Shown here piece by piece: positions 1 through 23,152 of a stretch of 64,000 nucleotides of DNA. This DNA is from Bugula neritina (lineage: Eukaryota; Animalia; Bryozoa): contig OZ037771.1 in the NCBI GenBank assembly GCA_964035545.1, forward strand, positions 3,359,628 through 3,423,627. The letters run 5' to 3'. The notes beneath the pieces are model-generated. The model made no database searches, had not been told where the DNA came from, and saw nothing but the letters and a program-made list of their open reading frames with translations. Both the position numbers and the translations under genes were made by a program. How positions within the stretch are numbered: position 1 is the first letter of the stretch; each line of letters starts with the position of its first letter.

Positions 1-431
1 TTTAATATCACTGCCTCAACAATAATTCTCATTACATGAACAATACATATGAAAAATACAATTTATGGTGAAAAGAAATTTAATAGATTTCATTGAAAAA
101 CAGTGCCTACAATATAAACTTTAATGCTTCTACCTGCAGCCTACTCATATTTTTTGAGATTTAATGCAATCAAGTTCAAACCCAAGTTTATGCACGAAGC
201 TCAATTGCAGAAATTAAAATCAACTAAAAGCTTTAATATTTAATATTTTCCCAACTACATGAATATATTGTTGAAAATTGTTTTTTGGAAACAAAAAGCA
301 GCTATTTGTAGCATCAATTCCAATGTTTCACTTTTAAATTATGTGCAAGGCATGCAATAAATTGTCAACCAGCATGTGAAAGATTTTAATCTTTCTTAAT
401 CATAAAAGTTATGCTATAGCTTTATACTTGC

Positions 432-584
432 CATATATTCTAGTTTCAGTGCATTGACTTTTCTCATATGGAGTACTGCATCCCGTTTAAGTCTGTCCAG
501 TTCAGAGGCTTTCTCGTCAAACGCCGTGATGGTCATCTGAGACATTGACCGAGGCGTTGAGCACGTTGAGTACAGGAAGGACAT
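432..584 (-). CDS. Probable first coding exon of a gene continuing beyond the left edge (helical/coiled-coil-like N-terminus, unidentified)
   Basis: The minus strand reads ATG at 584, then MSFLYSTCSTPRSMSQMTITAFDEKASELDRLKRDAVLHMRKVNALKLEYM, followed by a GCAAGT donor-like site at 431. A ctgcag acceptor lies upstream at ~612, and GC content is higher than in the flanks. Confidence 0.5.
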
Positions 585-1553
585 CTTTATTTAGCCCTTG
601 ACCTTCAAAACCTGCAGTTTCAGTGAAACTACTTTTACATAAATACATTATAACCCAATAATGCTTCGTAAAAGGTTTAAGAACTGAAATTATTAAATAT
701 AGATTATAGTGTTTAAATGGTATAGCAAAAATGTTTGCTATTATAATTTTGTTATATGTAACCAATAAAAAATTTAATTACTTGATATTCAGCATAATTT
801 ACTTTACTTCTCACCTTTCTTTATTAGTTGTGGTCTCAATATATAATAGTGAATTGTTGTTATTCAGTACATAGTAACTAAGTATCAAATAGGGAATCTA
901 GGCAACTTAAACTAATAGCTAGCACTGGTCTTTACCTGGAGCACACTATGAATAAGTGTTTAGACAGCACAAGAAGAAAATGTCGTCAACTATCAATCAA
1001 TCATGATTATAAGATTTACAAAGGTGAATTGTTGAATTCGAGTACACAAGCTATCACTCAAAATAAACACTCTTTACAGTATATTAAGCATTAGAAATAT
1101 GAAGTTGAAATTAATCGATAGTTTAGGTCCCTAACCGTAACAGATTGCTATTGGGACTTCGCATGTAGGTGCCTTACTTTTACAGTAATTAGCGTAAAGC
1201 TGTAACTTGTTCATCTGTAGTGTAAATATTGAATTGGTTGTGATCAATAATTTACATAATAGATATGCTATTGATAACTACCTGTATGTTGAACTTTTGA
1301 TTTCAAGTGTGTATATAGTAGAAGAGAATACATTTTATACAATAAACTTTGCTAAGCTTTAGCGTACACATGAAATACTAGGTAGGCACATGATTATTTT
1401 AGTAATTTTATATGAACCCACCACATAACAAAAATATATTAATATATTATATAATTGTTATTAGAATGTAATGATTATATACTGCTGTGATATCCAGAAA
1501 TATTATAGCAATAACTATGTATTATTTCTATGATGCATTGTGAATTTATATAT

Positions 1554-1715
<162 letters not shown>

Positions 1716-2545
1716 ACTAAAGTATTCTCTGTAAATAATGAAACTTATGGTTTGTAAAGAGAAAGCTCCAATACATCAAACTGCACAATAAAATGACAAA
1801 ATAAATATTTATTACAGGCTACATTTGAGAAGATTTTAAAAAATACCAAGGTGCTGAAAATAACAAAAATAATTTATTTGTAAATTAGACAAAAATAAAT
1901 CCAGATTTAATTTTATAGAATCACAAGAACTAAGTATTTAAAATCATTTAAAAAAAATCACAAAGATGACAAAAACGTACCATTTCAATAGTCTCACCAA
2001 TGAAATGGAGACAGGCCATGCTTGCATCTCAAACACAGTATTAGTCAATATATAGTTGCATTGTAACACAAATTAATGTAATTAACAATCTATAATAATT
2101 TTACACAATATATACTTAAAAGTATATGGGATGTGTAGCAATTATATTCTGGGAACACTATCAGCAAGCTGTGTTTATACAAGAACATACAAAAATATAT
2201 TAAATCTTGAGGTTTAGCTTTACTCACTAGCACTTAACATGCGCGTAATACAATGTTCAGCTATTACAATGTAACCCTCTATACTACATAATATTATTTT
2301 ATTTTATATCATCAGAACGCCTACTAACTTTTCTGCACACTTTGTTGATACAAATTTATCCATTTGTGCAGTATTATGTAATTAGTGCATGTGATCAGTA
2401 ATTATACCAATATATAATTTATTATATGATATATGATATATATACTATATGCTATGCCTACATAATATATAACATTTAGAGTTATACAAGAAAATCCATT
2501 AAATTAAAATTTCAGGAGATGAGTCATTCCATTCATAGAAGCTGT

Positions 2546-5500
2546 CTAAACTTCATTTACAGCTGCATTCAAATACTTCTTCCGTCTCTCCATCCTAAGG
2601 AATAAACATTATTATGAATTTTACTATTTATTTCATGCAACATAATTATCTTTGTGTGTACTGTGCATGAGTGCGTGCATGTGTATGTGGTGTGTGCACA
2701 TGTGTGTGGGCGTGTGTACCTGCGTGTGTGTGCGTGTGTGTGCGCGTGTGTGCGCGTGTGTGTGGTATAAGCTCTGCATCATTTGATCTTGAACAAATGC
2801 ATGTAAAATCATAATGAAAGGTTGTACATATAATATAGAAATACCCTACTACATGTATGCTTTCTATATCATTCTTTTCAATTAGCAGCATAAAATAAAA
2901 GCGTTAAACAAATAAACAAGGAATAATGATCAGGATTGTATACTTACACTACGTTGATGTCACTGAAAAGTATATCATATATTTTCATATTAAATTGAAT
3001 ATATTGAAGTAATTAATACTTTAATATGGTATAAAAGCACATCAAACTGTAACATAATCAACATTTTTTAAAAATAATCAATGTGTTCATGTTTAAACTA
3101 GGAAAATTTTTAATTTAAATAAAAGTTTTATAAAAAACATCTTGTTATCTTGGATGTATATAGAAAAAGCTTGCAATTAGTTTGTTTCATCGACATTAGA
3201 CATTTTGTTCATAAAATAAAAGACAATAATACATATTTCGCAAACAAAACAAATAACTCACTGGTCCAACACTGGTAAGATTCGAGTTTTCATTGCATAT
3301 CTATCAGTGTATTCACTAAAGTGAGGCCACTGCTCTTTAATCTGCCCCAACTGGTCTTTTTGGTATTCTTCAATTTGTTTGTAGAGTTGTGTGCTCTTAG
3401 CAGGTACAGTTTGTAGTACTTTGGTTCTGTTCAGTGGAACTCTAGACTCATTCCAAGTGGTGTCAGCTAAAATTTCCCACAGAAACTTGATAATTTATGA
3501 AGGATATACACCCTAATGAACACACCTACGTACGTATATAAGTATGTTTGAATATATATGTATGTATATGTATATTTATGTATGTATATTAATATAAGTT
3601 GTCAGCTACAATAATTGTAGTCTTTATTATAAAAGTAAAATGGGTAATGAACTAACTTTTTTTTTACAAATTTTTAATAAATTCAAGTAATGAAGTTGAA
3701 AAATATTTAGATATTTAGATATTTTAATTCTATGTCAAATATAAAAAAATGATGTACTACTATAAATAAACCGAAATAGCTTGCTACACCACAGTAAGAC
3801 CAATTGCAACAGGCAAGTGTAAACAAAAATGAACAAGGTTCAATGAAGTAAGGCTTTAGCTTAATAGTTTACAAGAGCAAGTATAAGGTTCTTACATGGA
3901 TACTTTTGGGTGTAGTATCCTTCGGCAGGTCGGCCATATTTAACAATTGTTTCTCCTGGAGTATTGGTAGGATTCCTTCTATACATGTCTATCTTAGTGT
4001 ACATGTGTGTAGGCTGGCCGTAGTGGTATCCAGCAGTTCTTATTCCTACACATATGAATCACAGCTACAGTGATAACAGCTTAACTATAGGCTTAGCATT
4101 TCACATGTTGAAGTTGTCCTCTCCTACTGCTTGTTGGCTGTCAGTGTATACTTGTATAGCAATATAGTGAAGTGATTATTATGCAGTAATAGATGTGAGT
4201 GGAAGCATCACATCCTACTTTAAGCATAATGTATTACAATTTTATATTTATAAATATATATCAATGTAGTAATTATCTAGTGAAATAGTGTAATTCAGTA
4301 GGGTGTAGAATAGCTTAATGCAGTACGGTATAAAGCGGTGTAATGAAAAGTATTATAGTGTAGAGTTAGAGCAGGTCATTTATCTAGCTTTAGCATTACA
4401 AATGCACAAAGCAAACTTTCTTCTGCTCCACTATGCATGTATATAAATAATAACACATTATATGCTGTAATATTATGTACAGTTTATTACTACATATAAT
4501 TATTAGCACATTACATATTATATGTCATAATATTATACAATATATACAGTTCCTTATTACGTATATTATATGTCATAATATATAGAGTATATTACTAAAA
4601 ATATTAACTCACCACATTTGTATGTACCCCATTTCTCTGATGCCAATGGTCTACACGTGTCATACTGTTGGGTTGGATATCGATTCCATTGGTCGTCCAC
4701 ATAGCAAAACCTGCAATGTGTTTGCAACAAAATAGTTTAATAATGCTATAATAACTTCTGATATTACATTTTAGTCTATCGACTCAGAAAATTATGTGTC
4801 CCAATTTCCAAAGTATATGAATATTCCCAGAACTTAATTTATATTTCTACAAGCTATCTGTTAACTTTATTCATTATTTTCACTATAAACAATGAATTAA
4901 CTTTAATATATCTTATATGAGAGTTAACAGCAATCAATGGAACAGTTATTATCTAATAGCATGTACTAAGTCACATCTGTTAGAGTTCTGGCTGAACCAT
5001 TGGCAAAGTTAAAAAGGCAGTTAGTCATAATGTTCCTGTGCTACTTGGAAACTACCAAAATAGTGACAAGCATGTAAATACCAGGAATTTGCACAAAAAT
5101 AGACACTTTGAACAAACAAGTGTTTATATGATAGTAAATGTCTCAATGTAATCATTAGTAGACAAATATTTTAACATAGAAAATGCAGTGCTTCTTTAGG
5201 CTATTAATTGAGTTTAAATGGAATTTTGACAGTAAAGTTGAGAATAAGTAAAGTTCTATGTTTATTGCAATTGTGTGTAAATTTTATTTAGTGCTATATT
5301 CTCAATTAACTCTAATTTAAATGACTTTAGTGCCTAGTAATTTTCAGGCTCTTGAAGCAAATAAATTCTAACTTAATCATGCTGGTTTGGTAAAAAAACT
5401 TATCACACAAGCAATTCACCAAAGAGAAAATACATGTATTTTTGTATTGTTGCATGCAAAACTTTATTTTAAACTTACCTTTGTGTTTTGTATCCTGATC

Positions 5501-5831
5501 CTTCTCTTGTCAAGTGCTGGCTGTAGCTATCCACGTATCTATTTTTGTAATGTTTAGTCTCATCAAACTTTTTAGGGATGGAGGCCGCAAAAAGTGTTTC
5601 AGATTTACTTTTCTAAAAGACAAGAACTTAAATTAAGTTTTATACTTTGAAGAGAAGTTGCATATCAGGTTGCTATTCTTATAAAGTTTTTAAAATTCTA
5701 GTCATATGGAGTTGTCATACCTTTTGAATATTAGCTAACTGTTCATCAGTTAGACAAGTATATTGTGTATTTGGAGTCCGTGGTCGTCCTGTAATTACAT
5801 CTATCGGGACATCTTTATCAGCTGCAGCCAT
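2546..5831 (-). CDS. Uncharacterised 248-aa protein, 6 exons, possibly ciliary/sperm axonemal
   Basis: Exons 5721-5831, 5479-5612, 4613-4710, 3896-4045, 3262-3466 and 2546-2594 have GT-AG borders and join in frame (747 nt): MAAADKDVPIDVITGRPRTP...YGRPAEGYYTQKYP...WPHFSEYTDRY...MERRKKYLNAAVNEV*. The functional guess rests only on composition and an upstream X-box-like site. Confidence 0.8.
2652..2765. repeat. Degenerate (TG/CG)n intronic microsatellite
   Basis: gtgtgcgtgtgtgtgcgcgtgtg tract. Confidence 0.9.
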
Positions 5832-6704
5832 AATTACTAAAAACTAATACAATAGAGATCTTATTAAAAAAATTTAAATTAACTTGCGTTTAGTTTGATG
5901 AACTAAAAACTAGTATTTTTTGAGTTGTGTAGCTCTGGTGTACACACAAGTCTTGCAAAAAATCGCTATTAGCTGCATTTTATTGTACCAATTCTCAAAG
6001 CTAACTAACTAGCTTGATAAGCAGTAAGTAAAGACAACTTAAATAAACTTGAAAACCACAATATAATTATTTTGACAGCACCATTGTATTGCACTATAAC
6101 ATCCCATAATATAAGACTATGAGATGAAATGGGTCACATATGGGATAATATTGACAATGCCTTAGTAAACAAACAAAAACATCACTGTAAGGTGACTTAT
6201 TTGAAAGCTAGGAACAAAATATTAAATAATGTACTTTATTGAAATATAAGTCAACTATTAAGTATTAGCCTTAGCCCTTAGGCCTTAGGTAACTATGATA
6301 ATGATAACTACTAAATTTATTATGTTCTGTAATTTAGAATAATGGTCATTTATATTCATAACTATACTTAAAGTTTTAGTAAATTTTATACCTGTGTTTA
6401 CTTTAAAGTTTATGTAATAAATAATAACTAATAATTACAATAACTATGAATCTAAAATGCAATTATAAATATTTGTGATCTGAACCATGAAAAATAAATA
6501 AATTAAAAAAAATGTCTATATTAGTGTGAATTAGTAAACAATAAGTTACTTGCAAATTGTAACAAAACAGGCAATAAATTTTTATACAAATTAATGTTCC
6601 CTTACTGATGTTACAGTGATGGTTGGCCAATAAACAAATTTGAATTAACACATCCAAGAAAACTATTTACATCTTATTATTGTGAGAAGTTATTGAGGTT
6701 TGTG

Positions 6705-6718
6705 GTTGCTATGCAATA
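6705..6718. promoter_or_regulatory. RFX X-box-like element in the divergent promoter between the uncharacterised gene and AARS2
   Basis: GTTGCTATGCAATA compared with the X-box consensus GTTGCYATGGCAAC: strong left half-site, imperfect right half. Confidence 0.35.
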
Positions 6719-6811
6719 GTAAAATTAAAATATTTTATTAATTGACTCGGTAAAACTTTATATATAGTCGTCGAATCAAAAGTTGTGTAAGTCGTTTCTG
6801 CGAATGTTTTA

Positions 6812-6844
6812 AAGATGGCTGCGCCCTGATGGCTAAACTAAAAT
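6812..6844 (+). promoter_or_regulatory. AARS2 5' leader exon with a YY1-like AAGATGGC motif and two overlapping uORF starts
   Basis: AAGATGGCTGCGCCCTGATGGCTAAACTAAAAT|gtgagc. Donor at 6845, acceptor ttgcag at 7617. Confidence 0.55.
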
Positions 6845-7015
6845 GTGAGCGTTCAAATTTTGATCGTTTTATTATGAAATTAAATCAGCATTCTAACGAA
6901 TGAGCATGAAACAGTTTTTACTTTTTAAAATTGTTTAGTAATAATAAACACATGTTGGTCATAAATGTACTAATTACTATCAAGGATTACTTATTACTAA
7001 CAATTGTAATAATTA

Positions 7016-7103
7016 GTACTAGTACTAGTAGTACTACTACTAGTAGTAGTACTACTACTAGTAGTAGACGTAGTACTAGTAGTAGTAGTAGTACTACTAC
7101 TAG
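7016..7103. repeat. (TAG/TAC)n compound microsatellite in AARS2 intron 1
   Basis: Alternating agt and act runs. Confidence 0.9.
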
Positions 7104-7633
7104 CTGCTACATTCAGTTTCACATTGAATTGTACATTTATATTGTCATTGTAATTTATTGATAATCATTATCAATATCATTGTAATTATTAAATTGAATA
7201 TCAATCACAATGGCAACAGTCAGTGTGAATATAGCCAAGCCTACGGCTATGCTTGCAGAACTAAAAGTAAAAGGAAATATTTTATTGCTGTTAATTTTCA
7301 ATTGTATGGCTGTCTGAACAATTGAATTTTTCATTTTTCTTACCAACTGTTAGTGATGCATGTGAAGATTATTAAATTGTGCCTGAAAGCGATATCTAAC
7401 AATTATTTATAATTTTGAAATGAACTTAGACTTAGAGGTGGGTACAAAATTGCAGGTTTATTTTTGATTAGCGCTCGAATTAATGGAAGTTTGTAATATA
7501 TCAAGTATATATTGCATTGTAATACTAAGTATATATTATAAGGTAATACTAAGCATTCACTAGTAATAGAGTAATCATGCTGAACAGAAATCTACATATC
7601 ACTTTCTTTTCTTGCAGGTAGATTGAAGTAAAA

Positions 7634-18227
<10,594 letters not shown>

Positions 18228-18736
18228 CAGTTATTGCACTTGGTATATCGCCTGTTTATTTGTAGATACTATTTATAAATGTTATTAACCATTTAGTTTA
18301 AATCATTTTTTACTCTAAGATATTTTTTCTAACATTTTAATAAATTTAGAGTCAGATGTTCAAGTGCCAGTCAAAGTATGTGTTGCTTTTCACTTTGTCC
18401 TAAAGCAGTGATTAAAAGTACACTGTAATATATCGTCCAGTACAATACCGCTGTCAAGACATCAATTGTGTTACTGTATACATTTATTTATGATAAAATA
18501 GTAGATACATGAATTGTTCACATGATAACAACTGCAGTGATTTACAAAACATAAACAATGTACTGAAGTGTTGACAATAATAAATATTCCAATCATATTG
18601 CTACCAATTGCGTTACAACATTTACAATAAACGTCAGGTGTTCATTGCTGGAACTTAGCATTACAGTTGAAGCAAGGAATTCTACATTTTTACATAAAGA
18701 ATAGAGGAATTGATGAAAAAAGAGATGAAATGTTCT

Positions 18737-20980
18737 TTATTGTTTGGAGGTAAGAATGAGAGCGACAATGAATCCGTATAGACCGAGTACTTCCGCAAAG
18801 ATAAGAATCAAGATCATACCCACAAACAACCTAAAAATTCAGCAACAAACAGTGTCACACCAAGTGATTTTACATTAAAGAACAAATAATGTTAGCAACC
18901 TGCATTTAATAGCATGAAGGTTTGGTAAAACCCCTTGAATCTTGTAAACACTCTCCATGAATGAACATCTGAAGCAAAACAAGCCCTCACCTGGGTTGTT
19001 GCGCTGTCCCTCTAACACCAGAATCTCCGACGACTCCTATAGCATAGCCGGCAGCCATCCCACTAATACCTACACTAAGTCCAGCCCCTAAGTGAGCAAA
19101 ACTCCTACAACACAGAGATGAACACTAAATCAGTATACGGGGCATGGCCGCTCACACTTCAACAGATAGCTTGTGACCGCTAACAGTTGAGGTGGCATTT
19201 CAAAACTGCAAAACACAAGATTCAAGAATTTGCCATCAATACTTACTGGAATAGTGTGTACCCGGTGGTGGGAATATTGTTAGTTATGACAGCAGCCACG
19301 ACCAGACCATAAATACCTAAGATACCAGCCATGACAACAGGGATAACGCTTCTCATGATTAGCTCAGGTCTCATAACAGACATTGCAGCGATACCTGTAC
19401 CAGACTTGGCTGTCCCATAAGCAGCGCCCATGGCTACAAAAATATTCAGTGCTGAGGTATACATCTCTTATAAATAAGCTCTACTTTTCAAGATGCATTT
19501 GATCTCATTGACAGAGTAATAAATAATTACTGACCAGCCGTTGCACCCACAAAACTATAATTTTATTTTAAATAAGAAAATGGATCCAATTACACAGAAA
19601 AAGGTGGGTAATATTTTAATACTGAGTCAAAATATTGCATCGAAAGTTGCATTTTATAATTCCGGATTTCAACTTTATGTATTTCTAGAAAATTTAAAAT
19701 ATATTTCAATTGAACGCAAGCCTTGTCCCTCTAATTATTATAATAACAATGTTAACTACCATTGCCACTTACATAAAATTTATTGTTGAACTACTTATAA
19801 CAGATTTTGCTAGTTGAGTTGATAGACTTTGAAATGATTTAACTGAGTTGGAGTCAATTTACGGCTACATCTACAGTTGAAGAATTAAAAACTAACAGTC
19901 TGTTGCCATAACAAACCAAGAATCTTCAGTTTTTGTTTGAAGTTATAACTACTGCCCATATTGACTAGTTAGTCAAGCCTGCTTGGTTTAATTATGGAGT
20001 GGTATAATAATAGCAGGCCTAACTATTTTAAATTTTAATTAGCACCAACAAATACTCTTCAGCTGTTAAAGTTATCAGAAAATCTTATTTTCATTTTGTT
20101 AGAGTTTAAAGTTAAATTGATCATCAACTAACAAAGATAAACACATTTGTAAAAGGGCGAATTTCAAAATCAAAGTGTTTGTCCAGAATAATCATAATCA
20201 CAATGACCATAATTGAATTATAGGGGAGCTATGCACATATGAACTTGAAGTGATGACAAAAAATTGACATAAAATGAACATAATGAATTTACTTTTAGCA
20301 AATTCAATCATGTATCCAAAAAAATATAACCTCTCAATCCTGTTTGGTATTACGCTTACTGTTTCATTTTTTATTCAACATAAAACTCAATCAGTAAATG
20401 AATCGCTATCATTCGTTATTAGGCTACTAGTACTAGAGTAAGAGTTCCAATAAATTTAATAAGAGTCAGTGGTTACTGATAGTGATACTGATTAGTCTTT
20501 ATTTCCGAGTGTGTCCAACTGAAGCTAAAGCAAAGGTGGCTAACCCAACTACTACTAATGGTAATTATAATACCAACAGGAAACAAGATATCAGTATACA
20601 TAATTCATATAAATATTCATAAATTAAAATAACTTAAATTTAAGTTTGACACCAAAAAACTAAAAGCAAAAGTAAAAGTAAAACTAAAAGTAAATTATCA
20701 ACTTCACGATGAAGAGGTAAAGCAAGAGTTGACTCCAAGTTCTTAAAAATTAAAGTAGCTATATAAACATAGGTATTTCTCATCTATAATTATATTAATA
20801 TTTATATCAAGTTCAACTTCGTGTTAAAGTTTAACTAAAACTTCAATGTAAAACTAAAAGTTCAACTTTTACTTTTAGTCCAAACTGAGACTTACCACTG
20901 AATGCGACAGCTGCTGTGGCGCCCATAACGCCAAAAAAGGGAGAGTACACAGGTGCACCGGCTGTGAAGGTAGCAGCCAT
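18737..20980 (-). CDS. ATP6V0C: V-type proton ATPase 16-kDa proteolipid subunit c
   Basis: Exons 20896-20980, 19247-19433, 18991-19104 and 18737-18830 give [21 protein letters not shown]...[36 protein letters not shown]...[34 protein letters not shown], with the essential Glu in FAEVLGLYG. Confidence 0.98.
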
Positions 20981-20999
20981 TTTAATTTTGATAAATTTC

Positions 21000-21272
21000 A
21001 AATATACTTTCAAGAATAAAACAAATAAATAATTAAACTACGCTCACGTCCTTTCTCGGTTACAGAGGCACTGACACTTATCGACCGTCAAATCCGTGAA
21101 GAATTGAATTGGCAATCATGTGACCAGCGAAGGCCAAGGTTGTTTCCGGCTGTAACTTACAGGAATGACTATTGGGCTAGGGTACAAAAGTAAGCCAATT
21201 AAATCAAGATGTGTTTAAACCGTAGAAAAATATTTCTCCTATAAAAAACCTGATAACAGAATCAGCTCAAGT
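21000..21272. promoter_or_regulatory. Bidirectional promoter ATP6V0C/MRPL52 with a CLEAR/M-box (TCATGTGACC, 21116-21125) and an ETS-like TTCCGG
   Basis: The divergent ATGs are only 293 bp apart, and the motifs are read directly. V-ATPase genes are established MITF/TFEB targets. Confidence 0.65.
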
Positions 21273-21779
21273 ATGGCTGCCTACAGGGAGATAAATAGCT
21301 TGTTTGCTTTAGCAAAACGCACAGCTACAGCTCAACCTTTTAAATTATTTTACGTTCAGAGAGTATGTTTCAACACATCTTCTCCTAATTTTAAAAAGAT
21401 TAAAAAGTTTCCCAAACACGTATCATATTATAAAATTGTTTCTGAATATGAATTAGATAGGATTGAAAAGGGCCTCTCACGCACTGGCTCGGAGTATGGC
21501 CCATTGACAGATAAATCCGACTGGTCTTTTGCTGACGGCCGAGCAGGTTACATGAGCACTGGACAGCGTCGTCGTCAACTGCAACAACGTCGTGTACTTT
21601 CCGAAGTTGCTAGCTTCCATGAATTTTTGGCTGACACCAAAATAAAGGATGCTGATATTCATAATGATAGTCACACTCACAGTTTTAAAACTAACAGTAA
21701 CAGTGATAGTAATACTAAGCTTGAACTATCTAGTGGAAACCAAGCAAATACGGAGAAAAATGTCGATGTCATAAGTTAA
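21273..21779 (+). CDS. MRPL52: Mitochondrial ribosomal protein L52 (mL52), single coding exon
   Basis: Signature GLSRTGSEYGPLTDKSDWSFADGRAGYMSTGQRRR and a basic N-terminal targeting-like peptide. Confidence 0.9.
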   Translation: MAAYREINSLFALAKRTATAQPFKLFYVQRVCFNTSSPNFKKIKKFPKHVSYYKIVSEYELDRIEKGLSRTGSEYGPLTDKSDWSFADGRAGYMSTGQRRRQLQQRRVLSEVASFHEFLADTKIKDADIHNDSHTHSFKTNSNSDSNTKLELSSGNQANTEKNVDVIS

Positions 21780-23152
21780 TTGTGTTTCAACAAGTCTGGT
21801 TGAAGGAATTTCATCATGTGCAAAGTGAAAGTAAGTTGAAAAGTGTGTCGACTAAAACTATAAGTGTTATCATGATGCATGTTCATACTAATACTGCTAC
21901 CATTTTATTGTAGGTTTTAAATCAATTCTTAAAATCTCAAATTGAAATTTGTTTAGTTTCCAAGATCAATGTTCAAATACCGGTATGGATAAAATACTAA
22001 TTATAGACCTATGATTGAGTAATAGTAGTAGTAGTACTGGTATCCACAGAAAACTGAGTAAACACATTAAGATGATCATTTCAGGCTCAGCTGTTTCAAG
22101 TTGACTCAACTATTCATTTTGAGTGATCTAAATTGAATTATTTCCAGGTTATTGTTACTGGATTCCAATTTATGTAGAAACTCATTATTAAGTGGGCATA
22201 TTCTGATTAATTTACGAAATTGAAAGACACTGCTATTTAAATATTTTCTAATATATTTTAGCTAGTATTCATACATGTATACATCATACAAGCAAACATC
22301 ATTCTCCATCTCTTTAAAATTTTATGCATCTGGGTTCCACGGTTTTTTTTTGCAAATCTCGCTTAGCATTTTTTGTACAATTTAAAAAGTATAGAAAAAA
22401 AATTTACATAGCATCTCTTGTGTTATATAGTATAAACTTAATCATTGCTATTTTTTGTAGATTAGCTACTCTAAGGACAATTGTGTAAGCAATACAGCAT
22501 AAAGGTTGAAGAAACGATGAATCTTAACAAGTGATAGCCAACATCCCTATATTTATGGATAGTTGTGTTTTGTAAAAGTCTGCCATTTATGATATTTACT
22601 GCAAAAATAGATTACTACTGTTTTATAGTATATCTGCAATTTATGTGATCTGTACATGTTGTATTTTATTGATCCAAGTTCAAGAATTTGCATTTTCAGT
22701 AATTGTATTTAGTGAGTTGTAAAAATAAAAATGTATCTTTGTAAAATTTATAGTAAAAAATTGTATTGATGATAAAATAGTATACTGTGTGCATAGCCAT
22801 TAAGCAAAATAAAAGAGTAACAGATTGTACATAGTTGAGTGATTTAATGTTTTTCATTTATATACATATTAGTTTACTGCAACTGGAATAATCTAAAAAA
22901 ATAGAGTAATCTTTGTGGCTTCATAATAATGCCTCTTCATTAGAATAAAATATAAGATAAATGTAATGCAACATTGCATGTTGAATATGGAAGAACCAAT
23001 ATTTGATGAATTGTAATGAACTGTTAGCTATCAACAAATAGTTTTTGCAACATGTTTCCATTTTCCGACCTCTCTTCAAAAATCAAGTTTTCAGAAATGG
23101 CTACGCCTATACAATCTTTTAAGCCATTGTCCATTGATTGGAACTAAAATCA

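Noticed and set aside
517-765. 82-aa minus-strand ORF
   Set aside because: Mostly intron-like sequence. A different frame starting at ATG 584 looks more protein-like.
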